From positions 1 through 10,337 of the forward strand of contig CAXHAT010000243.1 in assembly GCA_964014485.1 (NCBI GenBank): a DNA stretch of 10,337 nucleotides, given 5' to 3'. A program made the position numbers and the translations under genes. The notes under the pieces were generated by a model, which saw only the letters and a list, made by a program, of their open reading frames with translations, was not told the origin of the DNA and did not search any database. Origin of the DNA: an uncultured Deferribacteres bacterium (lineage in GTDB: Bacteria; Zhuqueibacterota; Zhuqueibacteria; Zhuqueibacterales; Geothermadaptataceae). Below are positions 7,065 through 10,337 of this stretch, piece after piece (position 1 is the stretch's first letter; every line of letters begins with the position of its first letter).

Positions 7065-9716
7065 ATGATCGGCGAAACAATTCTCCACTACAAAATCCTC
7101 GAAAAACTCGGCGAAGGCGGCATGGGCGTGGTCTACAAAGCCCATGACACAAAGCTCGACCGCGACGTCGCGATCAAATTCCTGCCCAAACGCATCGCGT
7201 CAAACGCCGATGAGCGTCAACGCTTTGAAATCGAAGCCAAAGCCGCCGCCGCACTCAACCATCCCAACATTGCCACGATTCACAACATCGAAGAGCACGA
7301 TGACGAAATGTTTATCGTGATGGAATACATCGGCGGGCAGGAATTAGGTGACATTGTAGGGGTTCAAAATCTTGAACCCCTACCCATCAAAACGATTGTC
7401 GATTATGCCACCCAAATCGCATCCGCCTTGCAAGCGGCGCATGAAAAGGGCGTTGTGCATCGCGACATTAAATCCGCCAACATCATGGTCACGGAAAAAG
7501 GCCAGGTTCACCCCGTTGGACATATATCCTACGGGGTCAAAATTATGGACTTTGGCTTGGCGAAATTGGCGGGTTCGGACGTCCGATTGACGAAGGAACA
7601 TACGACGCTTGGAACTGTAGCCTACATGTCGCCGGAGCAGGCGCGCGGGGAAGAAATCGATCATCGCACGGATATTTGGGCGTTTGGGGTGGTGCTTTAT
7701 GAAATGCTGACGGGTCAATTGCCCTTTGACGGCGATTACGAGCAAGCGGTGATTTATTCGATTTTGAACGAAGAGCCAACGCCGGTTTCCGAATTGCGCG
7801 ATGACGTTTCGCCAGAGCTTGAATCCATTGTCGCGAAAGCATTGGCGAAAGACACAGACGCGCGTTATCAGCACGTGGACGAGATGCGCGTGGATTTGCA
7901 GGCTGTGCAAAACAGCCACAGCAAAACGCAAGCGGGAACACCAAACACACAAACTTCACGCAAAAAAACAGGCGTGCTTGCCGGCGCTTTCGCCGTCGTT
8001 GTGCTTTTGGCTGTGGCCGCGGCCGTGTATTTCACAAAAGATGATTCGGCGCCGCTGGTCGGCATTGAGCGCAAGATGCTGGTGGTGCTGCCGTTCGAAA
8101 ATCTCGGCGCGCCGGAAGACGCGTATTTTGCCGATGAACTGACGAACGAAATCACCAATCGACTGAGCCATTTGTCCGGTCTGGACGTTATTTCGGGAAA
8201 CACCGCCAGAAGATTCAAGGGGACGGACAAATCAAACAATGAAATCGGCAAGGAACTCGGCGTCGACTTCATTTTGACGGGGAAAGTCAATTGGCGGCGA
8301 GCGGCTGAATTGACCGGCGATGTCCGCATCACGCCTCAGCTTATTCGCGTCATCGATGACACGCAAGTTTGGACTGAGCCGTTTCAGCAGAAAATCGACA
8401 AGATATTTGAGATTCAAACAAATATTGCAGAGGAGGTGGCCAAAAAACTGGATATTGAAATCTTGTTGCCGGAACGAGAAAACTTCCAGCGAAGGCCGAC
8501 AAACAATCTGGCGGCTTATGATCTCTATTTGCAAGGGACATCTTTATCCAATCAATCATTCTCGCGCGCCGAATCTGAAGGATACAGCCTGGCTATCCCG
8601 CTATTCGAACAAGCGATTGCGTTAGACCCTCATTTCGTCCTTGCTTTTGTTGCACTATCGTGGTCCCATCAGCAAATTTATGTCCTGGGAGTTGATCGCT
8701 CGGATAAAAGGTTGGCGGCGGCGGAAGCAGCGGCAACTGAGGCTTTGCGACTACAGCCGGACTCGCCTGACGCTCATCGTGCGCTGGGGAACTACTACTA
8801 CAACTGTATACAGGATTTTGCCAGTGCACTGAAGGCTTTCGACAATCTGCGGAAACTTTTACCAAACATATCACCTGCTTTACGTGCCCTTTCTCTACGG
8901 CGCATGGGTGAGTGGCGCGAAGCTTTGGAAGAATACAAACGCGGTTTTGCACTCTCCCCTCGAGAAGCCTGGATTCCCTTTGGTATTGCAAGCTCGTATA
9001 TGCGGCTTCGCCGGTTTGCCGAAGCGGAAAAATGGTATAACCAGTCTCTGACCGTCGATCCGTCTTTTCAGGCGGCAAGAAATTACAAAGCACGGAATCA
9101 TCTTTGGTGGAAGGGAGACGTGGAAGGAGCGGAAGCGATTCTCGCACCTGCTCCGAAGAATCAACCTCTGTATAATAGTTGGCACTGGTTGAATCAAGCT
9201 GACGCCGACCATTCAAGAGTTTTGGATCGCCTCGCCCAAATCGAAAGCGACGTCATCATTCATCAATCCCGCCATATACCAAAAAGCCTTGCTTATGCAA
9301 CCGCTCATTACATGGCAAGAGAGCCTGAAAAAATCACCTCTCTCGCGGATTCAGCGCGGGTAAAATTAGAGGCCGAAATCCGTAAACAACCGAGTGACTC
9401 CCGATTGTATTCCTCGCTTGGGCTTGCCTACGCTTTCCTTGGCAGTAAGGAAGATGCGATACAAACGGCCAAGCGCGCGGTAGAGATTACGCCCGTCTCC
9501 AAAGATGCGTTGACTGGCCCGGTCTACGTTTTGAGTTTGGCGGAGGTTTATGCCGTTGTCGGCGAGCACGATCTCGCCATTGACCAACTGGAATACCTGC
9601 TCACCATCCCAAGCGAAATGTCCGCTTCCTGGCTGCGCTTCGACCGTTTCTGGCACGCATTGCGCGAGCATCCGCGCTTTCAAAAGTTGATTGCAGACGG
9701 GGATAAACCGCTATGA
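7065..9716 (+). CDS. Hanks-type Ser/Thr protein kinase with TM helix, TolB-N-like domain and TPR repeats
   Basis: GEGGMG, VAIK, HRDIKSAN, DFG, GTVAYMSPEQ and DIWAFG are intact. Hydrophobic GVLAGAFAVVVLLAVAAAVYF; LVVLPFENL..YFADELTNEI TolB-N-like segment; TPR-like repeats (FEQAIALDPHFVLAF, YKRGFALSPR). ATG 7065 (MIGE) preferred over TTG 7053. Confidence 0.93.
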   Translation: MIGETILHYKILEKLGEGGMGVVYKAHDTKLDRDVAIKFLPKRIASNADERQRFEIEAKAAAALNHPNIATIHNIEEHDDEMFIVMEYIGGQELGDIVGVQNLEPLPIKTIVDYATQIASALQAAHEKGVVHRDIKSANIMVTEKGQVHPVGHISYGVKIMDFGLAKLAGSDVRLTKEHTTLGTVAYMSPEQARGEEIDHRTDIWAFGVVLYEMLTGQLPFDGDYEQAVIYSILNEEPTPVSELRDDVSPELESIVAKALAKDTDARYQHVDEMRVDLQAVQNSHSKTQAGTPNTQTSRKKTGVLAGAFAVVVLLAVAAAVYFTKDDSAPLVGIERKMLVVLPFENLGAPEDAYFADELTNEITNRLSHLSGLDVISGNTARRFKGTDKSNNEIGKELGVDFILTGKVNWRRAAELTGDVRITPQLIRVIDDTQVWTEPFQQKIDKIFEIQTNIAEEVAKKLDIEILLPERENFQRRPTNNLAAYDLYLQGTSLSNQSFSRAESEGYSLAIPLFEQAIALDPHFVLAFVALSWSHQQIYVLGVDRSDKRLAAAEAAATEALRLQPDSPDAHRALGNYYYNCIQDFASALKAFDNLRKLLPNISPALRALSLRRMGEWREALEEYKRGFALSPREAWIPFGIASSYMRLRRFAEAEKWYNQSLTVDPSFQAARNYKARNHLWWKGDVEGAEAILAPAPKNQPLYNSWHWLNQADADHSRVLDRLAQIESDVIIHQSRHIPKSLAYATAHYMAREPEKITSLADSARVKLEAEIRKQPSDSRLYSSLGLAYAFLGSKEDAIQTAKRAVEITPVSKDALTGPVYVLSLAEVYAVVGEHDLAIDQLEYLLTIPSEMSASWLRFDRFWHALREHPRFQKLIADGDKPL
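7356..7383. repeat. GTAG-type REP palindrome inside the kinase ORF
   Basis: Perfect 12-bp stem GTAGGGGTTCAA-AATC-TTGAACCCCTAC, read in frame as VGVQNLEPL. Confidence 0.85.
7507..7540. repeat. 30-nt in-frame palindromic insert just before the kinase DFG strand
   Basis: ACCCCGT-T-GGA-CATATA-TCC-T-ACGGGGT hairpin. It adds HPVGHISYGV between GQV and KIMDFG. Removing 7508-7537 restores GGC CAG GTC AAA (GQVK). Confidence 0.85.
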
Positions 9717-9856
9717 TCGGCGAAAGAGTCACACACGACAAAATCCACGAAAAGCTCCTTTCGACAGAGTTCAGGACAGACGGCGAAAGCGTCGTCTACA
9801 AAGCCCGCGACATGACCAGATTCTTGTCTGGAAACTATTTTGAAATAAGCGAATGA
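9713..9856 (+). pseudogene. Truncated Ser/Thr kinase N-terminal stub (head copy 4), 47 aa, translationally coupled to the full kinase
   Basis: MIGERVTHDKIHEKL[LSTEFRTD]GESVVYKARDMTRFLSGNYFEISE*. The ATG overlaps the kinase TGA (ATGA, 9713-9716). Similarity stops after YKARD. Confidence 0.88.
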
Positions 9857-9860
9857 TATC

Positions 9861-9900
9861 TTGCTTGTATTTCATTGGCGACTAAACTAACTTTAGTTTA
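9861..9900 (+). promoter_or_regulatory. Candidate sigma70 promoter with overlapping palindromic operator
   Basis: TTGCTT (9861-9866)-16 nt-TAAACT (9883-9888). Perfect inverted repeat TAAACTAA-CT-TTAGTTTA at 9883-9900. Confidence 0.4.
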
Positions 9901-9903
9901 AAA

Positions 9904-10337
9904 CCTAAATTTCTAAAATAAAAAGGGAGGAAAAGTGCGGCAAGTTGTTTATAATTAGATATCTAACCATCTTCTTATGAACAAACAAGCCAACACTTTT
10001 CCGATGCAGAGTAACCACAAAATATTGAAGTTCAAAAGCCAATCGGTCACGCACTCTTTCACAGGCAGGGCATTGACGTCTTATGCAGGTCTCTCGCCTA
10101 TAATGCAGCAGATTACCCAACGTTTTGGGTTGGGAGAAAAGTTGGCCGCGCTTTTTCCAACCGAACAGTGTAATGCGTCAAAGTTCAGCACGGCTCAAAC
10201 AATGATGGCCGTTGTTTTGGCGTCGTTTTGCGGCGTCCGCCGTTTGTGTCGCATTGCCGCTTTTACCCATGACGGGCTGACTTCCATAACCCTTGATTGT
10301 GATTCGACGGTGAAAACGGTTTACGGCAAGCAGGGCG
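9904..10337 (+). mobile_element. IS1380-family insertion sequence, left part
   Basis: Starts with IR CCTAAATTTCTAAAAT (9904-9919), matching the inverted copy at 38-53, followed by a transposase ORF. Confidence 0.85.
9977..10337 (+). CDS. IS1380-family DDE transposase, N-terminal part (runs off window; start could also be a downstream ATG)
   Basis: Manual translation: MNKQANTFPMQSNHKILKFKSQSVTHSFTGRALTSYAGLSPIMQ...RIAAFTHDGLTSITLDCDSTVKTVYGKQG. The LTxYAGL and ITLDxDSTxxxVYGxQ motifs are typical of IS1380 transposases. Missing from the ORF track because it has no stop in the window. Confidence 0.85.
   Translation, partial: MNKQANTFPMQSNHKILKFKSQSVTHSFTGRALTSYAGLSPIMQQITQRFGLGEKLAALFPTEQCNASKFSTAQTMMAVVLASFCGVRRLCRIAAFTHDGLTSITLDCDSTVKTVYGKQG

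Noticed and set aside
6996..7145. N-terminal 50-aa extension of the PIN toxin in the ORF track
   Set aside because: It is the antisense of the kinase start and the intergenic region. The PIN domain begins at MALKKIVLDTNV (6995).
7121..7146. CATGGGC-N12-GCCCATG hairpin at the end of the kinase head as a recombination site
   Set aside because: Only 7 bp and not preserved in the three stubs.
7372..9683. Antisense and alternate-frame ORFs within the kinase gene
   Set aside because: Shadow ORFs with no independent motifs.
9905..10120. 71-aa minus-strand ORF
   Set aside because: Antisense to the IS end and transposase.
1..10337. CRISPR array, integron attC array or DGR as an explanation for the repeats
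   Set aside because: No regularly spaced identical repeats, no attC-like sites noticed, no integrase or reverse transcriptase in the window, and differences between heads are not adenine-specific.

Overview
Bacterial window bracketed by two ends of an IS1380-family element: an IRR-like end at 38-53, and an IRL at 9904-9919 followed by a transposase that runs off the window. Between them lie a 5'-truncated antitoxin plus vapC, a 994-aa receiver-domain/PEP-synthetase-like (PPDK_N) protein, NADP-type glutamate dehydrogenase (gdhA) with a terminator, a ~133-bp REPIN-like nested palindrome, a PIN-toxin/HicB-like TA pair, and a Hanks-type Ser/Thr kinase-TM-TolB_N-like-TPR gene. The most unusual signal is not shown as such by the ORF track. 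The first ~20-30 codons of the kinase gene (MIGxxxxHYKILEKLGEGGMGVVYKAxD) occur four times on the + strand (722, 6205, 7065, 9713). Three copies are truncated stubs at the borders of TA or kinase modules, which suggests a cassette array punctuated by kinase 'heads'. The kinase sequences also carry three different short in-frame inserts, two of them clear hairpins.
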